Origin: Lepidodermella squamata
Taxonomy: Eukaryota; Animalia; Gastrotricha
Direction of reading: 5' to 3'
Length of the DNA stretch: 64,000 nucleotides
NCBI GenBank assembly: GCA_047495785.1
Contig: JBLDXI010000085.1
Span: 62,001 to 126,000 of the forward strand
Shown: one piece after another, positions 37,300-49,842 of the stretch
How positions within the stretch are numbered: position 1 is the stretch's first letter
How the letters are laid out: every line of letters begins with the position of its first letter
Translations under genes and position numbers: made by a program
Notes under the pieces: model-generated
The model's input: the letters and a program-made list of their open reading frames with translations, nothing else
Database searches by the model: none
Told to the model about the DNA's origin: nothing

Positions 37300-37824
37300 C
37301 CCATTAAAGCCCAGAATGTTTTCGGAAAATATTTTCATTTTTCTTTCCCTATTGACACGTCCTTTTCCGTAAGAGAAAAATTCGGGGATTAAGAATCTGA
37401 AAACCGCATATTTTTATCGTCTACCGTTATTGAGATATTCCAGTGTCAATTTGTCACGTGACCTTACCTTTTGTCACACCTGTACGATTATCTCAAGAAC
37501 GGTGATAGCTAGGAAGCCGCTCTCAAAGAAAAAGTTCATCAGCGTGATGAGATCTATCTAGAAATGCATTCAGTTGGGTCATAGGTGATACTTCGTGCAA
37601 AATCGATTTTGAGGACACTTTAGTGCAGTTTGGTGACAGTCCCAAAAAACGGCTCCTAGCTCATCACCAAGCCTACGAGACACTGGTCATTTATCCGTTT
37701 TCCCCGAATTTATACGATTTCCCAGCGCGGAGATATGCCTTTTAGACACCCTGGGGTTGTAGTCACCCTACAGGATTTTTTAAAAATAAGGTGGCAGGAA
37801 AAGATGCCGTTGGGCTTTAATGGG
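37300..37824. mobile_element. piggyBac-like MITE
   Basis: TIR CCCATTAAAGCCCA / TGGGCTTTAATGGG. TTAA on the left flank, degenerate tgtaa on the right. Confidence 0.7.
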
Positions 37825-38158
37825 TGTAATTTGTACAGTGTGTAATTTTTCTTTCGATGTAAAAAACATCAGATACAGTCGAAGCGTGTCGAAGAAATGT
37901 AGGTTGAAGTAGTTCACCTGCCATTTCATTAATTCGTTAAAGAGGACTCGTGCCCTGGTGATTCAGAACTGGCTAATTTCGAGCGCTAAGTCCAAAAATC
38001 CAAAAATCAAACCGCAAAGCGGCGTTTTACTCCGTATGTGCCCTCATATTTTATTGCTCTTCAACTTCGCAACATACAGGTTTCTCAAAAACGTATTTGT
38101 CATTAAATATGACTATAGTCGTCTTCGCATTCCATTTAATGAAGAATCAACTCGCATA

Positions 38159-41100
38159 TTAATAGCCTGTTGAAATTAAAATCAAATTATTTGATGATAC
38201 ATCATTTTGATCGAGGCTTACCATAAAAAGCAGCACAATTTAACCGGAGGAATTTCGTCTGGTCCGTATTTTTGTAACCATTAATGATACTGAGACAAGC
38301 GATGGAGCCATTCAAATTTGAAGAAGCGCCACTGAATACACGTTTTAACACAAAGATTAGCAATATATAGAACAATCAAAGAATTTTATATTGACAAAAA
38401 CGCGGCTTAACGATCCATGGAGCAGCAACTTTTTCTAGCAAATGTGCATTACGAGATTTGCTGGCGTGAATTTGCTGAGATTCCATGAATTCATGCACGT
38501 TATTCCGCTTCTTGCAAAGGCCTTACTAACTTGCTTAAAAATTCAAAATTTCCGGCCCTCATTTTGACTGTTCTACGCGGCCAGGGAACGTTAGAGAATA
38601 CCTAGCAAAACAACGAAAGATAATAATTTGCCCCAGAAAGTGGATTTTCCACGAGGCGATTTGTTCGGCCGCACCTGGGACTGCATTGCCTCGGGTCGCG
38701 CTTTTTTCCACGCTATCGCCAAATAGAGATGTTCCGGTTCCATTTTTTATCTGTCCGGTTCGGTTCGGTTCGGTTCCATACTTTGTGAGGTGTAACCCGG
38801 TTTTTTCGGTTTAACAGCGGTAATAGGCACACCACAAATTGGCTAGAAACATAGAGCGAAGTAGGACCGCGGAACTGGTAGGGACCAGAAAATTCGACAT
38901 AAGGGTCCCCCCTTTGGTCTTTGAATGAGCTCACCGTACGGACCGATGGAACTGGTAGGGATGATCCCTACCATCCCTAGCGGTACTTCGCTCTCTGGCT
39001 AGAAAACTCGACTTGGAGTAAAAATGATCACGCAACAGCCGAAGTAATTAGCATCGATAATTGCGAAGTAGCTTGTGCAAATTCCGATACGGTATTGCGA
39101 CGTGTTTGTATTCCGAGAAGGAACGGGAAAAGGATTTTCGGAAAAATATGGATGTTCGCGATATTAATGAAGGAACGGTAAATAAACGATTTACGAATGA
39201 TAAAGCATACAAATAGATTTACGAATGATAAAGCATACAAATACCTGCCAAGTCGGAAAGATAGTGTAGATGTCGAGGGAGACATATCATTGATGGATGC
39301 CGTATTTGTATCGCAACTGATTTCCAGTACAACCGAACTGCGTTTGAGATAGTAGAAATGCGGTACTCCATCTTGTTGAGGGCAAGTTGTTGAAAGCAAA
39401 GAACCAGCTGGACCGATCGAGCAAGTGAATGTTGTCTCGTTGCTCATGAAGAGGCTCAGCCCGGTAGTTGTAAGCCCTGGGTCAGAAAACTCAAGTAAAG
39501 GAGCCGGAAAACTCAGAGGCTTCGCGTAAAAGCTGATCGTGAATGACCCACCGCCGAAATTCAACTTGCTGCCAGTCATTCGAATCTGGTTTCCGCTGTT
39601 AAGATTGACGCCTTTACCAGCGGCGCCGAACACGCTTTCCCCGGGTAAGAACGGCGACTGGCTGGTGACTGAAGCTGCAGGAGCGATTATGTCGTCGAAG
39701 TTTGATACGAGAGGGAAATACGCGATATGTCCAGAGATTACTTTGCCTATGTTGCTTGGAACAATCGGGTTTCCGGTGTGAAGTTGGTAACACATTCTCC
39801 GGAGCGAATGAAAACGTTTAGCTGAGATGGTCGCTTTGTGGACGGATAAGCACGAAAAAGAGGCGGGAGCACCTTGTGGGCGGTCCTTGAGGGCTTTGAG
39901 TGACGTGATCGCAGCTGCCGGTGGTACTATAACAGAAGGACTGCTAATGATATCGTTGCAGAACGCATATTGTGAGCTGGTTGATTTTTCGTACGACACG
40001 CCAATGTGGGGCCAAATTCCATTGTCACATTGAACTGTAATTTGAGAACCTGACAATAAATCATAAAATCAGCTATCTAGCTCCCGAAAGCATAGCTCAA
40101 CTTGCCATCAGCTCTCTTAGCAATGACTTTAGAGGTTGAACCATCATATGCGAGAGTAAGTTGGGTGTTTCCAGCTGCATCAAGCATCGCAACTACGGGG
40201 ATGAAGGAAATCGAAATTGGGATATTTACGAAAGCCGCAATAGTATAGTCTGTTGATAAGTTGCCAAAGGCTGGGATGGGGATATCGAGATTTGCCTTTA
40301 CTGGCATGTATATTGCCGTACTCGTCATGCCATATGGGCCAGTTGTCCAGACGAAGTTTCCAATCGGAATAGCGGAAATCGAATCCGGGCCCATGTCGTT
40401 CAGATTACCATTAAGCGGCCAGATTCCAGCTGCAAGAGGAAGCCCCGGAACGGCATCTGTTGATTTAAACCTTATATTAAAAAAGTAGGAGTACGTATGT
40501 ACGTGTATGTAATATCCTTGACAATTGTGTTTATTATGACTGATAATTCGCTGACTTTTGTGGCAATTTTTTATGGAATTTTTCATTTGTCAGATCATGT
40601 ATATTGAGCGGCAAACACTTCTAAAAAAGCTTATTTGCAGACCCCCTAGAAAAGTGAACGACGAGAAATTCAAATTTCCGCATGTTTTTCACTGCAAATT
40701 AAACGTTTATTTATATAAATTAAAAAATTAAATAATATTTCGTTTACATAGCAACGAGATTTCGTTCGTCCGTTAGGTAACGAGGGCGCGCGAAATTGAA
40801 AAATCAATAGGTCAAAAAATCGATCTTTTAGAGATACAACTTCACTCGAAGCTTCACGAAGCTTCTTTCAAAAGAGCTTCTTCCCTTGTCTTAGGACAGG
40901 GTGAATTAGGCGATCATCCTAACTTGCCATGCAAGCTCGTCAAATGACTTTGGACGGTTATGTTCTCTCAAAAAGATCTCTCAAAATTCCAATTTCCAAT
41001 TTCTTTCTTATTTCAATTTTTCAATTTTTCAAATACAAATGACGGGGAACTCCCCGTTGTCACGGGTCGCCTTCGTTCGTTCGTCGTTCGTTCGTCGTTC

Positions 41101-41919
41101 GTCGTTCGTCGGTCTGTCGGTCGTCAAGGAGGATAGTGGGGAACCTATAAAAAATAGCGGTGTAGTCACAGTTACCCCATGCAGGCTGTATTCCGCTGTT
41201 AGGTGTATCGTGAAGGAGGATAGTGGTGTACGTAAAAAAAACAGACTGTCCAACTGTCTCACAACCATCGACTATTGCTTATTGCTATTACTGAAGAAGG
41301 ATGTAAAAGGCGTGTTCAAGATTGCCACACGGCGACGTGCGAACATCTTCGCGCTCTCCATGTAACGTGCTATTCGTATAGCACGAACATCAGACGACGA
41401 ATCTACACGGTAACATACTACAGCTCTGTGCAGTCGCCAACCGATGCCGCGTGCGCTGTGCCGCTGTCGATAACCGCGTTGTGCGCATGACATCAACGCG
41501 CAGCATCCAATGACATGCTGACTCTCGTGACATGGCGTCATAAATCGTCTATCACCTGTTTTCAATCTTCCAATGAAAAGTTCCCGGACGTATGCAATTC
41601 GTACTATTTTAGCATGTACGACTGGCAACTTTTGACCTGAGACTAACGGCAATAGCACATTCCCAGACCCGCTCACGTTTTCGTGAATACTTTTACGCTA
41701 TGCGCTATGCATGTGCGCTATTTTTACCGAATAACAAGCAAATCTTACTACCACGTAGATATTCAAATTCGTGATTTGTAGCTTGAATTGAAGCCCACCT
41801 GAGCAACGATGCATTAACTTGCAAGTCCATCAGCTCGGCCTGCGTGATATGGACCCTGATGCCAATATGTGTAGGTGGCGCTTACGGAATGACTCTCAAA
41901 TGAATGATCATCTCCATCC

Positions 41920-41954
<35 letters not shown>

Positions 41955-44460
41955 CGCATGGGTGACACGATACGTGGTTATGCGCAAAGCTGGGCAGCAA
42001 GTCACGGATGTGCAAGAAAGTTATACTTAGGTCTTAGGTTAGGCATGTTCAAGGTCACACGTGCCCACGTGTTCGAGAAAGTCACGGAGTTCCCCGTCAA
42101 CTGTCAAAGGCCGCAGGCCGACAGTGGTAATTCAATTTGCAGCAGTAATAGTTATAAGTAATAGTTTTATTTAGCCTCTTCTAGACTGAGCGTTGTCATA
42201 TACAGTATCCAGTTATGTAGATGACGAAAGCCGACAAAAAGTAATCCACCCTTACTTTTAGGTTTACCTACCCTCTTTGTTGAAGATCTTGCTTTTCCTA
42301 TAAAATCGTAAGTTTATCGAGTCAACAATCATGCGCAATTATGCGCAATTTTAAAATGAGGTCAATTCAGCTAGTTTTTATTCAATTTTTATAAATTCAA
42401 AAAATATTGAATTCTCAGAATAATGTGTTTAAATTGCCCTCATATTTGCAAGCATGAATTCTAAATTCAAATTTGAAAAGCTATAGTGAAAATTTCGATT
42501 GCAAGATAACGCAAAATTCTTTTTTAAATGCCATTTTGAGACCCCCATTTACGGCTTATCTGAATTTTAGCTTGAGTACGTCAGTGTGCAAAATTCAGAA
42601 TGCGTAAATTCGCAATATGATAGCCTGCTATAATATAAGCTTTAATGGAGCATGGAGGGCTGAATCACGTGTGCCATCACAGCCTCGGCTTCAAATTGCG
42701 GACTAAGCAGATAAGTGAAATCCCAGCTGACGCTAAGTTGGACGTTCCGATCGAGGCAAAGAAACAGCGCGGCCGGAAACCTCGTGCGAAAAGAGCTTTA
42801 ATTTACCAAATTACACTTCAACTTCAATGCCAGTTCGCAAAACTATCAGATCGAAAACTATGCATTTTGCTTTATTTCATGTCTTTCTTGTATTATTGCG
42901 ACGTAATAAAATAAAATAGGGGCGGTTCTCAATTGTAGGCCGGGTTTGCAGGGTCAAAGTACAACTCTAAAAATAGCGCGTGACGGTTAAAAATAGCACT
43001 ACTCTGTAACGTTATATGTGTAGCCTTATTTTTCAAATTTTTCAGATTTTTCAAACTATTTTAGAAATTCCACTATTAAAATAACCCAGCATTCTCAAGA
43101 TACTTTTCAATAATCTGGAGAATCTGGAGAATTTAAAAAATTATTCTAGCAACTAGCTGCATTATTTCAATAGCGTGAATCATGCTTTGGACTTTGACCT
43201 TACGAAGCCTCTATAAAACAATAAGGAAAAACTCTAATTTTATAGAGGCTGTGTATCTAATTAAATTGTGACAATAAGACACTCTTTCATGGAGACAAAA
43301 ATGGATAGAAACGGCAAAAAAATATAGAAAAATCGAACCGTGATACCGACAAAACCATTTAAATAGAGACAAGAAAATGTCCGTCCATTTCCCCAAACTC
43401 ACTGAAAAATTTAGAACTCACTTGTTTCACATTGCAGAGATGTTGGGAAGAGCTTCACCGACTAGAGAAGAAAATTATTAAACAAGCAACAACTAATTAT
43501 ACCTGGTTTTAAACTGACTCACCTGCCACGGGGAAGCACACGGATCATCTTTAGCCACGCATTGGTAACTCAGATCAGAGCTGGCGTAGCATAGTTTTCG
43601 CTGCGAAAAATCGTAGTAACAAATTTTAGCGACAGATCATTTCCAAGTGACAAACCTGAAGTATTGCCACCAGGTAGTCAGCGTAATTGTCAGCAAACAT
43701 TGCTTTCGATGAATAAGAACCCGACTATAAAAATAAAATATTTATTTCAATGGAAAAGCAACTCTTATAAGCAAACGAACCAACGTCGTTCCAGCGGGGC
43801 ATGTGCCGTAGCAGGACGTGAAATACGTGTTGCTCGGGAAGCAATCTACGGCAGCCTTTGCGATATGCAGATAAATAAATCATATAATTCACGTGCTTAT
43901 AAATTGGAGCAAATTTTGATATCGAAGAAAAAATAAGTTCAGCATATTCCTATCAAGGAAAAAGGCTAACCCCTGATTTACAGGAAGCTTCCGTGGCGAA
44001 TTCTTCGCTGTCGCCCAACTGTAATGAAAACACTGCAATCTACATTTTTCTACATGGGGAAAATGACGAACCTTGTTCGAGGAGTTAGGGCAGGTAGTAA
44101 AGCAGCCCACAGTATTGTTGGCGGCATTAACGCATCGAAAGTATGAAGCTATTTTCGAAAATCTTTAACACAAGATTTATATTCAAGTATCGTAGACTCA
44201 CGCAGCGTCAAGCAGTTCTGGAACGAATCAAAGCTACCAGCGATGGGTTTCTGAAAGGATGTGGAGTAGTATAGGCAAAATTTAACACAGAACCAGATGT
44301 CACCGTATCGATTGGACAGTTGGTCGGTTCAGGGACGCAAACGGCAAGCGAGATTGTTGAGTTTACGCATTTCGTATGCTTTCCCTGTTGCAGAAAGATT
44401 GGCAATAGTTGGCTTTCCTTTGAACGAGCATGAGTTACCTGGGTGATATTGATGCATTTT
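38159..44460 (-). CDS. Paralog of the 49843-55205 gene (Cys modules + 2 LamG/pentraxin-like domains); 5' end not found, possibly a truncated pseudogene
   Basis: Exon-for-exon match to ~53010-49843, e.g. KCVNST..CVPEPTNCPIDT, AGIWPLNGNLND, WPHIGVSYE, SFYAKPLSFPAPLLEFSD, NLNGSIAC, ending GY-stop. No convincing signal-peptide exon upstream of 44460. Confidence 0.65.
38850..38997. mobile_element. hAT-like MITE
   Basis: TIR CATAGAGCGAAGTA / TACTTCGCTCTCTG with the exact 8-bp TSD GCTAGAAA. Confidence 0.8.
41040..42130 (+). mobile_element. Helentron-associated / DINE-1-like element (HINE)
   Basis: Subterminal IR TGACGGGGAACTCC..GGAGTTCCCCGTCA, 5' palindrome acggggaactccccgt, (CGTT/CGT)n microsatellite, and a 3' stem-loop actgtc..ggcc gca ggcc gacagt. 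No TSD. Confidence 0.75.
42640..43005 (+). mobile_element. Mutator/MULE-type transposase C-terminal (SWIM-like) remnant
   Basis: VCHHSLGFKLRTKQISEIPADAKLDVPIEAKKQRGRKPRAKRAL resembles the CxH-LG..IP..AK.VP..KRGR..AK.AL tail I recall from invertebrate MULE/SWIM proteins. Confidence 0.5.
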
Positions 44461-46173
44461 ATTAGATTAGAAAATATCACGTTAGATTTAAAGCAAAATT
44501 AGAACGAATGACGAATAAAAACGATCGGTGACCATGCGCCTGATCGCGTGGCAGGTTGGTTGCGCCGTCTTCATTGTGACTTTGATGAACCGTGCAATAA
44601 ATTTCGTCTTTTTCACGCCAACAAGTTAATGTTATAAAAAATCACCTGATCGACATGCTTGTTGCTTGTTTCATGTGTTCATTTATTACTAATTCACTTT
44701 ATTTTCCTCATATTTTTTACGTTAATTCATAGAAATTTGTTTGGGGCCAACGACTTTTTTTTCATTGAAACAAAGAAATCAAGCTGGGCAAACTAGGTTT
44801 AGGCAATCTAGCACAGTTGAATCTATCGCGTATTATCCAGAACTCATCCTGTTTCATGTCATTAACCTGTTCCAGAATGCCATTCCATTAACCTTTGAAT
44901 GCAGTTCTTAATTTTCAACAAAAATAAATCTGGCAGGGTAAACAAGTCAGATTCCATTCACAAAACCATTTATTACAAAGTTCATCGTTCACTCATTTCA
45001 TACTCATTTTCCTTTTTTTAATTCAAAATATAAATATTATTTTCGGATTGTCCGAAATATTATTTTGAACTATCCGTCGGACAAATGATTGTCTATATTT
45101 TCATATAGTTCAAAGAGAGATAACAATTTTTGAATTGTTGTTAGAGAGAGGAAATTCAATACTTCATCAATGTTGGTATCGCGATCGATAATTGTTGAAA
45201 TTACTTCCCCAACGCGGAGTCACACTTCTCGCGTTCTTCACAGCATTAGGCTTGTTTCATTATTTAGGTAAGGTTACCTAAATATGCATAAAAAGTGTCG
45301 AAACTTTTCCTTAACCATGCAGGAGACGTACGCGGCGCTTCGATTTAAAATGTTTGCCTAAAAAATAACCTGATTTCTTTTTTGGCTGATTTGCTAATTT
45401 AGTGTAAACAAATAAGGCTTTAATTTTTGGCATCGATTATCGCTCTGCCAGTGACTGATTGACTGATGAATCATCGAACTAAAAGTGTTATGTACTCCTA
45501 GATTTTTTCTTATGCCATCGTGTTCAGCATTCAAAATTAGGCTTGAAAAAAAGTTGTAAACCTCATGATGGTCGCATAACTGGTCGAAAATGGGAGCCTA
45601 GTCAGCGCTGTCCTCATTTCAGACAAACTACATAAAAAATTCACAACAAATCAATCTTTCCCGATCAAATTATAAAATTGTTATAACTGCAAGAGAAAAT
45701 TGCCCTCCCAATTGTCAAATTTGTTCTGACGTTTTTGAATTCCTATCTGTATCAGATTTGACTTATTTTCGCTCACAGGCGAATTTTACCATGATATCTT
45801 TGATTTTCATGGAATCAACACAAATCGATAGAGCGCGTCGATCTGAGTAATTCCTGGTTCAAATGGTTGGAATTTTACCTTCGGTCCCTGGCGAATTTCG
45901 AGACGCGGCCTGCAGATTATAGTTTATTGACCAAAGTTTAATTGTAAAATGTGTCTATTTTGCTAAATTCTGCTCATCTATTCTGCTTTTGGCTGCTAAA
46001 ACGCATGGAAAACAGTCGCATGGTGCTGTTTGCAGCAATTATTTCTGCCTTTGAAGAAGGCAAACATTTACGTTTAACAAAGATTGCTCATTACACCGCG
46101 AATCTCTTTTACCGCTTCCGTATTTTATCCTGTATTTACAGCCGTCTTCACTTCTGTTTCCATCGTTCGACCA

Positions 46174-49173
46174 TGAAACCAGACTCCAGTCTGCTTTTGA
46201 TTGTTTCAATTTTTCTCACGGCCACGTTTGCCTTAGAGCAGTGTACTTGGAATGCAACGAAAAGTTCAAATAACTTCTATCTGAAGTCTGGCAGTAGAGG
46301 CTTGTCCTACCTTTCGTCGAAATCGAACTTCCAACCAAGCACCAATTTGGTAGTGCCATACGGCACAACCGTCAGTCTCTCGTGCGAGTTTGGTACACAA
46401 GGAGTATCCAAATTCGATATATCCGGTCGATGCTTGGAAAACGGATGGTGGAGCAATGACGTTGCTTGTTCGGGTGAGGCATTTTCACGCTATTTTCAAC
46501 GATTATATTTTCTACCGCCATTGCAGCTGATACATTCATGCAGCAAGGCAGCGATTGCAGCTGGGACAAAACTTTCAACTTCTTCGGGTACAGAACAAGC
46601 ACAAATTCCGAAAAAACATGGTCGTCACTATCTAGCCGTGTCACGAATACCGAAGAGCATACTGTAGTCCGCGTTCACATCTGCTCGTACGGTTCCTATC
46701 GTCAAACCACATGTTTGAACGGCAAGTTTCTCCCGGATCCTAAAGGATTTGCCTGTTCAAAAACGGACCTATTCAGTCAGTCGAAATTAGTTGCCTTTTG
46801 GCCACTAGGCTCGGACACACGCTTGTTAGCCCTCACCCCGAATACGCCTAGTTTCCAAGCATTTGGGAACGCGGCATTCGTAGCTCCGAATGTTAAACCG
46901 CCCGAGTCTGGTTACCATGTTCGCAGAGATAACAGCAGCTTTTTATCCGCAACTGGAGTTACAGGAGTCGGTGGACGTGTTTGGTCGTTTTGCCTCTATT
47001 TCAAATCTGCAGACGGGCCATTGATCACCATTCAGACGCCGGACGGTAAGCCGGTTGAAGTCATCGCTAGCGGCACGAAATATATCGTGCAGAAAGGGCC
47101 TACCACTTTGTCCATCACTTCGACTAAATCCAAACCTGATATGTGGCAGTTTATACTGGTGGTTATCAAGGATAACGCGTTGACTATCATGCTGTTGAAT
47201 GATTACGCCTCGCTCATTAAGGGATATTCAACTAAAGCGTATTCGGGCTTATCGGCGAAGAGCAATATCAGCATCCACCTCGGAAAAATGGGGTATAAGT
47301 TCAGCTTTTATTCTCTTTGTTTAAAGATTATTTTCTTTTCTAATTTTTCGTTCGTCCATCACTGAAGTTATTGTTGTTATTGCCATGGTTTCTAGGTCAA
47401 CAAACACAAGTAGCGCTATTGTCTCGTGTTTAATGATGTTCAACTCGGATCTGTCAGATCTGAATTCCGCCGAAATACTGCGGAAACACTGCAGGAACGG
47501 TGATATATTTAGCACCCGTTCAAATATTGACAATAACATTTTTTCTAGCTACATCATATCCAAATAGTGAAACTTCCGGTTGCCAGAGCTGCGATTGGAC
47601 GTACGATACCCATAGATCGCTTCATCTTGCAAATACTCGTTAGTGAAATGCCACAAAAAACTCCGCATCGTCAATATTTACCAATCTAGGCAGTCAACTT
47701 CGAAGAGGTGGTGCGATTCTAACTGAAAACGGCCTAACGACTCGACTCGCTTCACTAAACCAGCAAGGCGCCGTTTGGTTGTCAGAGGTAATGTCAAACT
47801 AGCATAATTACAATCCTTATTTACTTTAAATTAATTCGCAGCCAATCGATTCCCAGATGAAAAACTGGCTGGTCGAATTTCACGTTTCAAGTGATCGCAA
47901 TTTAGGCAAATTGGAGTTTTACATCGTTCCCCGCGGTAGTCCACTGAATCTTGACAAATTTGACGCTGTGAATAGCCCGATTTGCGTCGATTACACCAAA
48001 TTTCGAGGCTTTTTGTTCCATTATGTTCCGCCATCCACGTTTCACTGGTACGTAAGCTCGAATCCTATAGACATTACTAAGACGTCCCCAAAAGAGAGCA
48101 AAGCAAATGCCTCATTCTCTCCTGTCATGTTCGCTATCGAAAAGGAGGGGTCAGATTTCAGGGTATTCTCGCGGAGTGACGGGACAGCCATGAAACTCAT
48201 GGAAACCAGTTTCCCGGCTTTTTCGCAATTCTCCGAGCTACTGTACATCGGGGCAGCTGCTGATGTGGGCTATGTTACCAAGACGTTTACAACGCTACCC
48301 TACTTGTATCAGATCAAGTTTTACACCGATGGGATAGTTACTACAACCACTTCTCAAACAACAGCTTCGTCTTACCCTGCGAATTTCTCATCGACTGTTG
48401 AAAGCGATTTGATTACAGAAAGTATTACAGATGCTGGAGAAACTGATCTTGGTTCGGGCGATTCGACTACATCGTTTTCAACCGGAATCGAGGGAATAAT
48501 TGTAACATCAATAAACAGCTCTAGTAGTGGAACCACATCGCCATCGACTCGGAAGGAATCTCCTACTACGAAAGCTAAGGTCCCGGCGATAGATCCCGGC
48601 TACCCTTACGATTTGGGGTTGTCTCTCAAGGTCTACGGCGATAACATTACGATTCCTGATAGAAATCTTACGATATTTTCAGAGCCGTGGGATCCTCGGC
48701 TTGATCAACAGGACTCGAATGTTTTCAAAGCTCTGGCAAACTATATGCTTCCAGTTCTTGAGGATCTAGTAAACCAATCGGCTGCGGAACTTGGAGGCAT
48801 CGTTCAAAGCGTGAGAATAACACGTTTCAGAAAAGGCAGCGTCATTTCGGACTACATCGTCGCATTGAGGAGTTTGACGCAATTAACGGAGGAAGAGATT
48901 GCCGAAAAGGTGAACATCGCAACGAAAAAGCTGAAGGAAAAGACGGTTGTGTTGTTGAATGGTCTCAGCTCTTCTCGCCTAGGCGAATCTACTCTGGTGA
49001 ATGCCACTGGACCGCTGCTAACAACTGCGAAATCGTCTACTAGCAGCATGCCAAAAGCGAATGCACCAAAAGCGAATGATCCAAGTTCACCGAATGAGGT
49101 GGCATCGGGGAGAAACCCGGCTAGCTCTGGCTTAGGTTGCACTATCCTGCTCTTAATTTCAATCGCTATCTAA
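46174..49173 (+). CDS. Cell-surface protein: signal peptide, 2 CCP-like, LamG-like, unknown beta domain, Ser/Thr stalk, SEA, probable GPI anchor
   Basis: Starts MKPDSSLLLIVSIFLTATFA. Motifs VPYGTTVSLSC..CLENGWWS, LVAFWPLG, SEA (WDPRL...S..FK.LA, ITRFRKGSVISDY), short terminal hydrophobic tail. About six exons; the middle boundaries are approximate. Confidence 0.7.
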
Positions 49174-49842
49174 CGTCTCAAGCCTGAACTTAACAATGAA
49201 TACTTCTTGAGTTTCTGCGACCTACTTCGCGAATTGTAAATTGATCTAAATATTTTTTCCTTGTCGCCTTCGTCTTACCTATTCTTCACTATCAGAAGTT
49301 TTATTTCTTCGAGATCCCAAGGATCGTTTTTGCTATGGAACCGGATCTATTTCAGTTCCAGGTATGATTGAGCTATGCAAATAATTTTCTGCGAGAAGGC
49401 CAAGGGCCCGGAGTTGAGAAGCCCTCATCTAAACAATTCGAAAATGAAGCTGATTTTTCGATTTATCTTAAAATAAACTCTCATGGAAATAGGACTATTG
49501 GCAGCACGCTCGACGATTTAGGAAAAAAGTTTATTCGAAGTTGGTAATCACGGCTAAACGAGAAAACGGTTTCTCTTTCAGACATCCAGCTAACGCTAGA
49601 AGAGAGCCTAGTGATAATTCTGAATGCGTTTTTTTATTCAAAATTAAATTCTGAACGACAAAATTGCATACGTATCTACAATTCGCATGGAATAAGAATA
49701 ACACAACGCGACGTTTAAATCTGTACGTGCATAGAGTCACTTTTTCTCCAAGATTAAACTCGTATAATAATAATATTGTTCATTCATCTCATTAGTCACT
49801 TTTTGTTTCTTTTCGTTGGACCTTGAACCTGCTTGGACGAAA

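Noticed and set aside
39188-39243. 28-bp tandem duplication next to a splice donor
   Set aside because: Intronic slippage with no evident consequence.
41814-42005. Poly-Arg ORF and other ORFs at 41029-42161
   Set aside because: Translations of microsatellites within the HINE element.
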